A stretch of DNA of 64,000 nucleotides from Tubulanus polymorphus (lineage: Eukaryota; Animalia; Nemertea). Under the pieces are notes generated by a model. It saw nothing but the letters and a program-made list of their open reading frames with translations. It did no database searches and was not told where the DNA came from. This document shows, one piece after another, positions 28,240-41,499 of this stretch. The stretch covers positions 9,920,001 to 9,984,000 of the forward strand of contig NC_134025.1 of the NCBI RefSeq assembly GCF_964204645.1, written 5' to 3'. Position 1 is the first letter of the stretch. Each line of letters starts with the position of its first letter. Position numbers and translations under genes: made by a program.

Positions 28240-30526
28240 GGTTAGACAGTTCGTCTCTTAACTCAATCTATGAAATCTATTGCCCCTATATACCGCTAGA
28301 ATTTGCCAAATAGGTTTGAGTTTTTGGTATTCATCTATTTCAATCATTTTTGATTACGCGCGTACTTGGCAAATACACTTGGAGCTCGAACATTTAGATT
28401 TTGCGAAACGGTTTTTCATTCTGATTGGCTTTAGACTAAGTACATAGTATAGAATTGAAAACAAAATGAACTAAATCCCATTATGTAAATTGTTAAAGTG
28501 GGGATTGCGTTTCCATAGCAACAAATACACTTCAGCTAAATTTATCAAATACATCGAGGTATAATGAATTTAATCATGATTTCGTGACGTTTTCTGGCCA
28601 CACGCCTTCGATGATAAAACCATCCGAATAATCATCGAAATTATAGAATCGGAAAGGAAATTGTTTCCGTAATTCAAATAACCATACAAATACGTAGATA
28701 AACGAAAATAAGCACCGATCTCATAGCTATTGTTACGACTGTGAACCTGGCAAATACTAGATATTTATTTGAACGGGAAAATGTAAGTTGCGCGTACACA
28801 CTGCCAAATCCGAGAATTTGATCGATTTGGCGTGTAGGCATTGTATCAGATATGATAGCATTAACCGTTAGACCAATCAAAAGAACTTTTAATGGATACA
28901 AAAATCGATGAAGTTGCCGTAACTGAAATTTCTTTGGTGACAGCGCATTCATCGCGCTGGAAAATATCGCCTTCAGATGTAGCTGGCTCCGCGCGCGTGG
29001 AAAATTTTATCACGATGCATTTTTCTGATAGTCATTTTATGATGTGGAAATTAGCGATCCGTATCTGCCGTCCGGGCCACAAGAACACGTAATGAACATC
29101 GACACTCTTGCATACTCGGGATAGGTCTTAACGTTGTTGTTGATCGAGCTCCCGAGGGTTTTGTACTGTTGTGACGATAGTTCGTGCGATTTCGAGTCTC
29201 TAACGTAATATATCCGGCGGAATTTTTTTTTTTGTGAAACTTTAGAAGCGCAATACATATCTATTTATCATTTCGAGCGCTTAGTCAGTCATCATGCGCA
29301 CAACCGTGGCTGCAATTATCCACGGGACAGCGCTGTATTTGATTCGCCCCCCATTTTAAACGACGCTAATCAACTTTAGCCCATCGACATCGCAGACGAT
29401 TGCAACGTAAAATACGGCCCATCTGTCTTCATTTTCGGGATAGGATTCACGAGCATATTTATACGAGAAATTATTTTCTAAGTTTTATGCAACATAATGT
29501 TTGCCGCAACGCGGGAGGGTATGTTTCGATCGTTTATTAGAGCTTTTTCGTCGGTACATTAGGCGCCGTTGTGTAATGACGCCCAAAAGGCCGATGAAGC
29601 TCATTCAAGGCGTTATTAAAACCGCTTCACAACGCTCTTATTAAATTTGACGAAAAACCGTACTTTCTTTCGTCGCCAGCGGCCATAAACTGGTACTGGC
29701 GTTGCATCATTATATCGCCTCGGCAATTACGAATCTAAAATCTATTTTTGGCTCGAAACAAAGGAACCGGGCTACTTCGATTATTCACCGTTGAGAAGTT
29801 TGCGCACAAAGAAATAATCCGTTTTTGAATTTTAATGGGATGCCATTAAAATCCGAGCAAATGGTCCATTGTTATGTAGACAAATCAAGCAGCAACTTTG
29901 CATAACGCATCAATCACGTCGGTGCGCGTCACACGACATAGAAAAAAGTTTCAAGCATTTTATTTTAAAAAATCAAGCATATGCAATCTGGATAATCACG
30001 CACGGCGATGAATCAGATTCGGTCTAAGTAAACGAGGCTCTCACTTCACGAACACTTCAGTGCATTAAAGTTTTATTGCGACGGACTTATTTTTTTCCCG
30101 TGCGAAACCATAAAAGCTGCTTGCAAGTTGCCTATGCGTGCATCTTAACCATGAGCGGCAAGTTCGCTATTAATTAATTTCCCCAGGAAAAAGAATCGAC
30201 CGGGGCAGAGTACAGTTAGTAATAAAAGACACTCGATTGTACAAACAAGGCAAGGCGGATAATCGCGTCTTTTTGAATTGATTCGTTGACAGACAGCTCT
30301 TAGAGTGGCCATCTCAAACATAAGAACCTTAGCTAATAGATCATTTGAGGGTTTTCCTGTATATAATGACACCGCTGACTTGCAATATAGAGTTCGCGAT
30401 TAACGTGCATTAGGAATTACACCGCGCCGCATACGACAAGTTAGATTAAGAAACGCTTTTACCAAAGAGCGCGGCGTGTACTGCAAATATGAGCCACTTT
30501 ATATAAGCGATGTGTACGTACATACA

Positions 30527-30780
30527 TAGGGGATTGACTTTTAAAAAGTTCAGGGGCGAAAGAAGGGGGTGTTCTCGGGGCGCCATAAACCTGCCTTCCT
30601 ATTGAGGTTACCCTTTTCATCGATTCAAAGATCGTTAAAACCGGAAAATTTGATGCTCGGAAATTGCATACTTCAAATTTATTTTCGGGACCCGCTCTAG
30701 TAGCAAATGACATGGCTGTTTTATCTGAAAAATGCCCTTTCTTTTCTTCTGGACTTCCAATTTTCCTAGATCCGACCCTG
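30527..30780. mobile_element. MITE of the CAGGGGCGGATC...GATCCGCCCCTG terminus type
   Basis: 3' end ctagatccgaccctg, degenerate 5' end tagggg, about 250 bp like the copies at 33646 and 36011. Confidence 0.5.
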
Positions 30781-31438
30781 AAGTTTCCCACGGTATGTTA
30801 GGACATTCTAGCAGTTTGAATAATGTATTGAAATATTATTTGCATGACGTTCATACTGGCAGTTGAATTCCGCTTTCAAATCTATAATGAAGATATTGTG
30901 CGACGCATCGAAATGGTTGGATCTTAGATAAAATCACGGTGAATTCGCCGACTCTAAAACAAGCTTATGAACGGCATCGATTTCCCAATGGCGGTGTAAA
31001 ATTCGTTGACTATGTTGTTGTTACTAGATGATATGATCGAATGCCTCGCGGCCTCGATGTGAAATGAAATGACTGAGAGAATAGCTGAATGTCTTAAATA
31101 AAGATTTTCAGGACAGATATGATATATGAGTCATGCGGGTTTTAGTGTTAAATATTGCATTTTTGGGACGTGGTTTTTTCGTCCGATCTCGATCGAATCG
31201 ATCGGATACGCCGCTGTACAATTTTCGATATGATCAGTTTAGGTTTGAATTATCCCCTCGCGCGCTCGCAGGCGGGTAGTATGTTCAAAGGATCACGCGC
31301 GGCGTACATTTCAAAAATAAATCGTGAAACTGAATAAGTCTGTGGAATGTATAATGATCGCGCATTTTGTTCAGATTCCAAGGCGACTTACTCGATACGA
31401 TGTATCAATCAAAATAGAACGTGGTTTATTCGTTGCAG

Positions 31439-31609
31439 ATCATAATTCTGACATCGACGAAGCCCTCGGGGATTCGACCACTCCGGGAAGCGATGATGCC
31501 CCTCCCGGCCATCAGCTATCGTTTTCTCTCTAAAAAAAAGGCCTGCGCCTTTCGATAATTCTGATAAATCCTTACCAATCATTTCAAACGTTCGAACGGA
31601 ATCTGCGAT
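31439..31609 (+). other. Candidate exon with one in-frame stop (terminal, poison or frameshifted exon)
   Basis: Acceptor tttattcgttgcag|, donor T|gtgagt, 171 nt. The phase-1 frame reads DHNSDIDEALGDSTTPGSDDAPPGHQLSFSL* with TAA at 31531-31533. Confidence 0.35.
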
Positions 31610-32589
31610 GTGAGTCATTTTTTCAGCTAAAATTATCGGTATAATTTTGATGAAAAGCGTGCGGGTATTGAATATCGTGTGTGAAAGCAAGGACCTCGTC
31701 GAATTCTTTACACGTATTGCGTAACAACGATACCGACAATCTATTTAAAATGCGCAACTATCGCCGTAATGCATTCGCAAAATTAATGCGGCTCTGGCAA
31801 GTTAAATTAGAATTTGAATCTCCGAAGACGTTGTCGTTACCGCGAGTGTGTGCATGCGTCTCTGTCGTCTTCGTACACGACACGCAAGCTGACTCACGCT
31901 TTAGTCTCAAAATCAACTCATCAATTTCAAAGAAAAAGTTCACTCGACGAAGATTTTTCGGATTAAGCCGAGGGTCTCGTAATTAAAATTGATTTGCCGT
32001 CGCGAAATGATTGATAAAATTAAAGTAGTGACTCTCGGAGATAAAGGGCTTTGGGTGACGCGCGCCGTGATGTCACAACTGGCGAATTCCCCATATGATG
32101 ATATAAGCGGATCCATTAAGTTTCCCAGGCTCTTATGCGACGGAGGTCGTCGAATTGAACGCCTTAATTTTACTAATAAAAATTCAAATGCGGATGTTTG
32201 ATTCCCAGGCACAAAGGGACTTTAGCGAGACAAAGAACGGCGTTCGTTTGAAACTAGACCTACGGGTTGAATTATGCTTGAAATCCGTAGAGGAGGGAAC
32301 GGGCTCTTGTTTTGCATTGACACATATCGCGGCGACAATTTTCAATATAACGGTGGTGATTGGTTCGATTGAAAACACCAAAATAAGTGTTTTGACTAAT
32401 CATGTATACTAAAGCTTGGAATACGAGGCCACAATTGTGAAACTAAATGAAATGGTATAAGATTTTCAAACGATGTCTTTGAATACTTCATTTTCTAGTG
32501 ATATAAATAGAAAGATAAGTCGGTATTTATTCTAACGATTTCGTATCGTAAACGCTGTAGGCCCAACGGAAAAATGCCTTGTACACCGG

Positions 32590-32930
32590 CCACTTTGAGG
32601 TCACTAGAAGGAGTCAAAAAACAGAAATAGGTAGATAAGATTCATAGTTGGATACGAAAGGCAGATAAACCTAATCTAGAGTTAAGATTATGTATGAAAA
32701 CATCTAAGAAGGGCATTTTCCCATCCTGGTCCTAATCGAAGGTGAAATTCAAGGATGGATAAAGGGTGTTTAAAAAGGCCAAGAAAGGGTCAAGGTTTAA
32801 AACCATTTGACACCAAACATATTAAGAGAAATCATCCACATATCTAAGCCAAATAAGTGGCACGGAACCGGTATATAGGGGTAGAATTTCATATTCAAGT
32901 TCTAAGAAATGAAAAGTAGGAGTGGTTTTC
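32590..32930 (-). mobile_element. Penelope-like retroelement reverse-transcriptase fragment (decayed)
   Basis: Minus-strand frame PLIWLRYVDDFS*...LDPFLAFLNTLYPSLNFTFD*DQDGKMPFLDVFIH, with YVDD at 32831-32842. The WxRYVDD...FLN...FT...GKxPFLDV pattern is typical of PLE RT. In-frame stops are present. Confidence 0.8.
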
Positions 32931-33147
32931 ACGTAAAAACTTCGAGCTCCACCGCCGTTAAATGCAACGTTTCAATGTCTATGCTTGAATATAATGTGCT
33001 CTAAATAAACAGGTAAGATAGGTAAGTAAGCTTGCTTTTTGTTATCGTAGTTGTGCTTATCTATTAACGTGGGTATTAAGCTGGACACTATAGAGTCGTT
33101 CTTCGTGCCCTCGTCGAACCTACGCCAATGATTGTCCGTAGATCGGA

Positions 33148-33181
33148 CCATGGATGTATAATCTAGTTCATACGTCCATGG
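33148..33181. mobile_element. 34-bp mini-MITE with CCATGG termini and a 5-bp target-site duplication
   Basis: tcgga[ccatggatgtat aatctagttc atacgtccatgg]tcgga. A related degenerate copy ccatggaggtataatctag...tatacgtcca lies at ~58364-58407. Confidence 0.65.
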
Positions 33182-33645
33182 TCGGACTTACTCGAAATTC
33201 TAATGTAACAATGCATCTATGTTATTTGTGTTTTCGTGTATCATCATGTTGTTCAGATCGCTGTTCCGCGAGTGAATGTTTAGTCTCTTTCAGATGAAGC
33301 AGATATTGATTTCGTGATTTCTGATTTTGGGAATCCCACAATCTCTATGAAATATTCTGGCACAGTGGTAAACGAGAAATGCCAATCGTGTTTAAGTGCC
33401 GTAAAAGCGCACATCATGCAAAAAGTAATAAATGTCAGACGATGGGATTTTAGGTGGATGAATTTCCAAATATTAATGGCAGATGGTACGTGATTGAAAC
33501 GAGAGTTCGTGAGTCATTCTATGCGCATTGTATTGCCTAATTCCGTGGGTTTCATAAATGCAAACACACTGATCTCGACAGACATGATGTTGTTGAGCAG
33601 ATATTTTATACTTTTCAACATACGGGATGTATAGTGTGTTTATAT

Positions 33646-33887
33646 CAGGGGCAGATTTAGGGGGTGATGGTCTCAGGGGCCCAGACCCCTGCCTTACCTT
33701 TGAGGTTGCCTTTTTCTTAAAACAAAGATCGCTAAAACGAAAATTGCAACTTTAAGAGTGGATGTCTTAGAAATTATACATAACCCTAAATTTGTGGGTT
33801 TTGCACTAAAATTCTTTGATTTGGTTGCTTTAACCGAGAATTTACTTTTCTTCTGGACCCTGGCCTTCCATTCCTAGATCCGCATTG
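33646..33887. mobile_element. MITE, same terminus type
   Basis: caggggcagatttagggg ... ggggcccagaccc ... ctggaccc ... ctagatccgcattg. Confidence 0.65.
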
Positions 33888-34865
33888 CCAAAAGAACGCT
33901 TTCGACGCTTGTTATAGTGTTTCCCTTGAAAAAAATGAATTCATGGGCGGGTGCTATTTTTTTGATGGATTGATCCCCGATTGGCTGCGCCGTCTCCTGT
34001 AAAAACAGTTTTTCCTGTTTGAAAATTCGCGCCGTCGCCAACCTTCTGATCGGTGCTTCCATCTGATGGAAACATCTCGAACCTGACGCAAACAGTTTCG
34101 CCATCTATCGTTTTAAATTAGAACTGGTAGGTCGTAATAGGTGACAATTCCGGTAGATGGAAGCTGGTAGCTTTTTGTTCGCCGGCTTTGTGCCTTGACC
34201 CGGTTCGACAACAATGGCATTAGCCGTGAAGAAAAGATGGCTCTTCTATTCGTTCAGAATCATGAATTCATCAGCGAGAAAAAATCGATGCTCAACTGAA
34301 TCGGGAATACAGTTTTCTCGGAAACGCATTTCAAGACCTAGATTCCGTGCGTGTGTGTATAAGATCGCGCTGTAGTCGATACACAACCTCCGTATTAAAC
34401 GATGAAAGCTCTATACGCATCTTAGATTTTAGATAGGGTTCAAGCACACAAGCGACTGCGCTGAAAGCTCATTTTCGGGGATGCTCGACCAGTATGTATT
34501 TATTCTCGAAGCAAATTAACCAGAATGAAAAATTAATCAACCTATTGCGGAAGATGAACCTGACAAAAATGCAATCCATCGCGAAGGCACTGGCTGTTCG
34601 TCGGGGGTGATTTCCAAAATGTCAAATGAATGGATAGGATTGAAAAATTTATTGGGGAGAGCGGGCCGGGTTAATATGATATTATTTCCAGCTTATGTCA
34701 TACAAAATTAATGATTTACATTATAAGTATTCACAGAATTTGTACATGCATAAGACTGAGGGACACAGTGCGAGGGCTGTGCTTAGAATTATCAATACGT
34801 GCTGATATGACTTTCCATCAATAATGGTCATTAAAGCATTCCGAGAACTTTCCTATAAAAACTTT

Positions 34866-35250
34866 TTATTATTATTATTATTCTTTATTTACGAATTAAA
34901 TTACATTAGAAAATTACAGATAATAATATGATATGATGGATACCAGGAGAAGTTAAAAACTTGTAACCATAAAGCATGGCCCTGGCACCCATGGAAACCA
35001 CACGCACACACATGTACACATGCACACAACCTTTCACCAAACTATCGCACTTGGACAGGCACACGCATGAAAATCATGACAAGGCAGTGAAAAAATGACA
35101 CAATAATAATTTTTCTGAAATACAGTTCGGTTTATATCGGATTGAATGTCGATATTTACGGTACATTTCCAAAGGTGCATTGGATTAGGTGAACTTAACT
35201 GTAATGAGACAGTGCACCTAAGTACGTAATATAATATTGTGACATACATC
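34866..35250 (-). mobile_element. Probable 3' end of a LINE (CR1/L2-like), decayed
   Basis: AATAAA plus a (TAA)n tail on the minus strand at ~34866-34890. The upstream frame HLWKCTVNIDIQSDINRTVFQKN resembles the LINE ORF2 C-terminus (LWN.LP..I......FK). Confidence 0.4.
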
Positions 35251-36010
35251 TAAAATGCCGCGAATCTATGTTACGATATTTTCAGAAAGATATATTCGCC
35301 GATGTTCCGAATTTTATTGCTGAATAAATATTCATCATAAATGATTTCTGTGGCCATTTTCTTTCATCAACAATATATGCGATGATTTGTTGGTTCAATA
35401 ATTCGTGCTGCAAAGTGCAGTGGAATTACGAATAGATAAATACCGTGATTATTAATGTCTGTACAGCAATGCTGCGAGTAAACGACGATAAATTTCAAAC
35501 TTTAATCAAACAATACTAACAAATATATCAAAAACATATCACCGGACCTGAATTGACGGGGATAGTTTTTTTCCAGGAAAGTCGAGTGTTACGCAAATAT
35601 GTCGAGAAGATTGATATAAACATTTCATCAAATTTCAAACTCATAAGTTCGTAGAATATGCGGACGTGCTTGTTCATCCACAGTCCCGAATTGTCCAAAT
35701 TGAACGAACAAATTTTCTTAAAAAGCAATAATACGTTTATTGAAAGATAACAACGAAGATATAACATCACCATTTACCCCGTGAAGACAATAATTACACA
35801 GATCACATGATGATATGTCATCTTTGTTTTGATCGTTCTTATCAAATCGATCATCCGTTAAACCGTAGATTATATTCATTACATCAAAAACTGATATTTA
35901 AAAGGTGGCCAGCGGTAGGTGAAAAACATGTATATACACTACCTATTTTTAGATAATGATACGATGATGAAATACAATACAATAATCCGTGGTTCCTTAC
36001 TGGGTATACC

Positions 36011-36265
36011 CACGGGCTGATCTAGAGCTGTTTTAGGGAGGGATGCAACCCGAAAATCGGGTATATCATTTGAGTAAAAGGGTACTCCGAAAAAAGCTCA
36101 TTGGAGAACATGAACGCATTTTTGGAAATACAGAACAAGCTTTATATGAATATAAACTTTTTCAGGTATCAGTTCAATATTTTTCATTTTCCCGTAAACT
36201 TTCAGGGCAACTTGACACTTGGAAGGGGGTGCACCCCCTGCATCCTCCCCTTGAATCCGCCCCTG
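36011..36265. mobile_element. MITE, same terminus type
   Basis: cacgggctgatctaga ... gggggtgcaccccc ... ttgaatccgcccctg. Confidence 0.65.
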
Positions 36266-38071
36266 TGATACTGGTCATCTTGAAATACCGAATGTCGTTC
36301 TTTTTGATGAAACATTACATTTTCTCAATTCGATATCTGGTCAACTCGGTAAAAAATGCAGATTATCGAGCATTCAGGCAGATCCACTGTATATGTACCA
36401 ATTATCCATCGTTTGACTTTGAATCATATCGTTAATTCAAAAAAGGCGGTCCGGTACAAATATTCAAGAAGTTGTTAAGCCTTTCCGACAATTAAGCAGA
36501 TTACATATCAGGAAGCTGATTTTTAGGGCGTAATGTTCTTGGAAATGTTTTCATTAATCCCCGGGGATGCGCTAATTCGTTTATTACTTGAAATATTCCA
36601 TCCGTTTAAGTGCGCAATCCAGGGAAAATAAACCCGCGGCGGCATTCTCGACGGCATTCGTCGAAACTAAAACTTTGATTATTTGAAATACTGCGGAAAA
36701 AATGGAATATATAATCTATTTTTCCAGACTTCAATTCGTCAATCCACTATGTGTTAATGATCTTGATATGTTTATAGGGCACAATGTGTGTCGAGCTCAA
36801 TTGACAGGCAGTTGAAATCTTTGTTCTTTCTCTACTCGGTATCTCTTTGATGCTAATTCCTTGAAGATCGAGGTGTTCAGATTTGCCATATGGGCCCTAC
36901 ATTGAATTTTTGAAGTATCAAGGATCTCGCTGGCTATCGATTCTGTTGTGATACCCGTATAGATCTTGGTTATTCATGATTGGTAGAGCCCCCTACCAGA
37001 ATTGGTACAGAGTGAGTGCTTTCCTCCTGCACGGCAAGGGGGCTGATGGATTTTGGAGACTAAGTGGCACCGATGTGCAATTTTCAGTCGCACGGTCGTG
37101 GAAGCCCCATCAACCCTCGATTTAAAAGAGACATTTTGATATGTTGCATCGACTCCTGACGCCATATCCAGGCACCGACTGCAATGCGGTTCCAAGAAAG
37201 CTGCCATTCCTTATGACAAACGAACCTTAAATATGTCGTTCAGGACTGTACTCGACGCCCTTCCATCGTTCTATTTTCTCATTAACAACAATTTTGGTAT
37301 TAACATCTCAAATGTACCCTCCTATTGCCTGTAAATCATGTTTTATATGCTTAGATAGATCTGAGATCATGTACCTTCGACGAATACACTCTCTCGCAGT
37401 ACACAATATGCATTCGCACTGATGGCAGCATGCAAACAACGGATAGTTTAGGGCTATACTCCAACTGCGCAAAATAGCGAGGAATTGTGTAACAATATTG
37501 TGCAATACTTCTGTCATGGCATCGTCCACTAAAGAAAAACTTGTTCCGCGTATTCTTGAACATTTTAGAAATTTCGTAAATCATGGCTTGATTAGCCTTT
37601 GATAAAAATCTCAATTAGGTTTGAGGAAAATCACATGTGTTATTTGGAAAACTGCTGTATGTGCGCAGAGCGCTTATCACCGGAGGAATATCTACCTCAA
37701 GGTTAGTGGCAAGATCTATTCGAAACTTCTTTTGATTTTTTTTCACATCCGGTACGGGTTTACGTTTTATTTTCAATGTCTGATTTTGTATGTCGATATC
37801 TTTGAAAAATCAATGATTGTGTAGCCTATTACCAATTCAAACTTAAGGTTTTAAGTAGTAAGTGTTAAGTGTATCAATAACGTTGTAGTGATACACAGTA
37901 GTGAAATAGAAGTCGTGGAGATGGCCAGTCACTTCCGCCACCGGGAAGTTTTTAGATAGAACTTTCGTGTATAATTCAACAGGACCTATGTATGTGGCAT
38001 TGTATTTGTCATTGAGAATTGACAGTAATTGTATATTCTATTTGAATACGTGTGGACCTACATTTTCCATC

Positions 38072-38074
<3 letters not shown>

Positions 38075-38113
<39 letters not shown>
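38075..38113. repeat. (TC)n microsatellite
   Basis: About 19 uninterrupted TC units. Confidence 0.95.
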
Positions 38114-38115
<2 letters not shown>

Positions 38116-38149
38116 GATAGTCCTCCCTCAACCTGCCTGCGTGCGCTAT

Positions 38150-39510
38150 TAAATGCAATTTCCAGGAAGGCTTTCACAGTAGAGCTGAAATATTGATTCG
38201 CACTGGCCTTGACCGAGAACTAGCTGTATAAAGCTTGCAATGGTAGGCCTACTGGAATAGGTTTTGCACGATCTGCAAATAAATCATCGACATTTCGGTT
38301 TCATTTTTCTGGTCAGTAATAGATATGTCGAGGATAAAATATATGGCGATCGTATTACCAGGAAGAACAACTCAACCAAAAGAATATTTCAAACCAACAT
38401 ATTCTAATATCGCATCCAAGCGTATCAAGAATGGTATAATAGATATAAATTCTTACTATAGATTTGGCAAAGATTATCTCTTATTTAGGCTTATATACAA
38501 ATATACATGGACTATTGGAGTCCAACCATCTCTAACAATGCCTTTTGATGGTCTATACGTACAAATAGCTTTAGTGGGCAACCGGAAGTGGAAACGTGCA
38601 CGGTCTTCCAAGTCATCCTATCCAACATCCTGAATTAACTAAATCAACTTGACAAATCCGATGTATCTCTTGATCAACGAACATTTTTATGAATCATCGG
38701 TATTTAACAGCATCATAAATAGCAAATGCCATTGATGAAGCAGTGCCCATTCTACTGTAACATCAGGCGGAGGTCATGACCGGGGGATTGGTGTGTACAG
38801 CAAATTCTTAAAGTGTGTACCCTTGAACTCCGATGTATTAAAGCATTTTGCCATACGTTTGGTATTTCAATCAACTGTTCATGAGCAATCGCCCCGGGAT
38901 TTCGTTTAATTCCAACATTGATGTACTTCACAGGGCTTTTGTAAATTCTTTTAGCTGATCATCCTCAAAACATTTTCCGTGTCACCAAAAAGTTCAAATC
39001 ACAAAAACCTTGCATGATCTCCTCGATTATCGAAACAGCATTCGCTGCTTCATTAAAATCTTCTTTTTGATCAAGAATGGACGTTTCTGCGTTATTGGGA
39101 CCAAAGGCAATTAGACCTTGAGATAGATGTTCGGGAAGTTTCCCATTAAGTATCGAGTTTTTCGTGCTTTTTCTTCAAAAGCTCAAGTTTAGAGTCAACA
39201 CCACACTTGATTATCGGAAGACTAAGAGTCGTGAAACTTACAGGTGGCAATTCACATGGCTACTGAATCACTTTCCCGATATTCACGATAAAGTTTCAAC
39301 TTTTTAAAAGTAGGTACACTATATTGGCAGCAATTTGGTTGATCGTGAATTCATCATTTTGAAATAATCCTTTATGTGGATATCATATCGTACGCTAGGG
39401 AATTCGTCAGAACATAGCTATAATCTTCGGTGCCATCGATTCCAAACATCGACATCGGCCACATAAATTTCCTTGTTAGCTAACAACTTCTGACAAGTAT
39501 AGCCATTACA
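38150..39510 (-). pseudogene. Decayed coding sequence of unknown family
   Basis: Stop- and frameshift-interrupted protein-like frames, e.g. NSILNGKLPEHLSQGLIAFGPNNAETSILDQKEDFNEAANAVSIIEEIMQGFCDLNFL. Paired ETS-like sites (acttccgg 39611, cggaagt ~39628) lie just upstream. Confidence 0.4.
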
Positions 39511-41499
39511 ATATCACATAAGTCACGATTTTAACAAAAATGAATTCATTCCGATGAAGATATACGAATGGCCACCGTGCTTTTTTGCTTGCGCGCGATA
39601 ACATCGCTATACTTCCGGGGTACCGTCGGAAGTGCGTTGCGAATGTACTACGAAATGATAGTATAGTGTGTAGTAAGAAATAATAACTAGTTCAAAAATG
39701 ACCAAGCAAAATGAACTTTGATGTTTATTGCAATTTCTTAACATGGCAAAATTCAACTCTCTCATAAAATGACATGTATTATTCTCATAAATGTGTCAAT
39801 ATCTTTTTCAGTACGGTTCATTCACCGCACTGTTTGCACTGGCAGTGGTGCCTATAATGTGCATTTAACTTAGATTGATATGGAAAATGAATCTTTTTGG
39901 GGTGCATACACTGTATATACTTCTTTTTGATGATACAACCAAAATCATTTTGAGATGGAGCTCGCCGTACACGATCTCTGTAGTCGGCATATTAATGTAG
40001 GTTTGCTCTGGCGTAACCTCGTTATTGGCATCTCCACTCCTAGTTTTCCCTACTGCTGCATGCACGAGAACGCTGGAGTACACCATAAAACCATCACAAG
40101 GCCTTCATTGAGAAAATACCTGAATGGAACACGCTGTAAGTAATCAATGGGAGTCGTGTTTAATTTGCAGGGAGCGCTGCATTGCTCGATTACTGGGATT
40201 GGCCAAGCAAACGGCTTGCTTCCCGGGGGTGAGAAGCGAGCGAACTCATGAATGAACTGTGTAGTGTGTGATATAGCTTTTCCTGAATGAGTCACTATCG
40301 TATTGATTTTTGTCCGCACACTCGGAGTATGCGATACGGCATCGGCATCAGCATCAGCGGCATCATTTCTTTTGCGCAGCTCATTCCTCGCCAGGGACGA
40401 TAGTAAATCCAGTACTAATGCGGGGGAGGTTTACATCTAGGTCATGGCCACCGTGATTCATGTTCAGCTCACGATCGGTGAACTCTGGTGAGTTCCGCGA
40501 GCAACGAGCAACTCGTTTCGTGCAGCGGAAGTAAAGCGTAGATCAGATATTAGTGACGTGGATTGCAAATTTAGAATTTTATACTTTGATATTCCTGACG
40601 TAATCTTTTTGATTAGACAGCGCGCGCAGTCGATGAACAAACTATATCTCAAATTGCAAATTGAAAGATTAGCAGGCAAAGGCTGATGCTTCCCACAATC
40701 AGCGATGCTTGAAGCTTTTTGGGAAGGATTATTTTTGTTCGCAAGTATTTGATGCCAATAGGTCCCCAGCTTCCCACCATCAATTTCTATCTCAATAACG
40801 ATCCATGATGAAGTTGCTGTTACCATAAGATGAAGTGACCTTAGGATGAACTCGGGCCTTTTCAACATTGCTATCGCATGCTCAGCGCCATTTTCATGTT
40901 TTGACTATATAGCACCGGTTTTTCATTTTCATATCTTTCTGTGACATGCAAATGATTAATTCTTAAAGAGAGTTTTCATGGATTAGATTAAAAAATGCAA
41001 AAACCAAATTCCTGTTTCGTCATTACATAGAGGCTCGTTGTAGCTATTTAAAACATTGGATCCTCTACCAAAGATGTATTACATAGAGCATTTGGTCCAA
41101 ACGTCTTAACCATGCATTGAGTCTTGAGTATTATTTTTCAAGTTAAGGAAGATGACTAAGGACCGCGGCCAATGGACCAAACTGATAAGTTTCAAATTAT
41201 CCAAGTTGAAGCAATTTAAAAATCATCAACGCTTATTTCGAATTCGAATGGTGCAGTCTTAATAATTGAAGCGTGGACGACAATATTGTCATGTGAAATG
41301 GCAAGTGACCTTCGCGCTTTGTAATTATAGCTCCGCAGAGATATCTGCAAACAGCACGAGCGCATGATGCAGCACCGCTTCCAATGCAGCATTATGATAT
41401 AATGGGTTAAACGTAAAGATTACCCAGGAGTGGCCATGGTTTATACAATTTCTGTCATATCAAATCGATTGTCAACCCGATGGAAATATTCTGCGCTTT

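Noticed and set aside
33294-33367. Possible exon DEADIDFVISDFGNPTISMKYSGTV
   Set aside because: The donor is weak (GTG|gtaaac), its phase-0 exit does not fit the CSD exon, and there is no recognisable homology.
37692-37699. let-7 8-mer site CTACCTCA
   Set aside because: It is not in a 3' UTR, and a single 8-mer is expected by chance in 64 kb. No let-7, miR-100 or miR-125 hairpins were seen.
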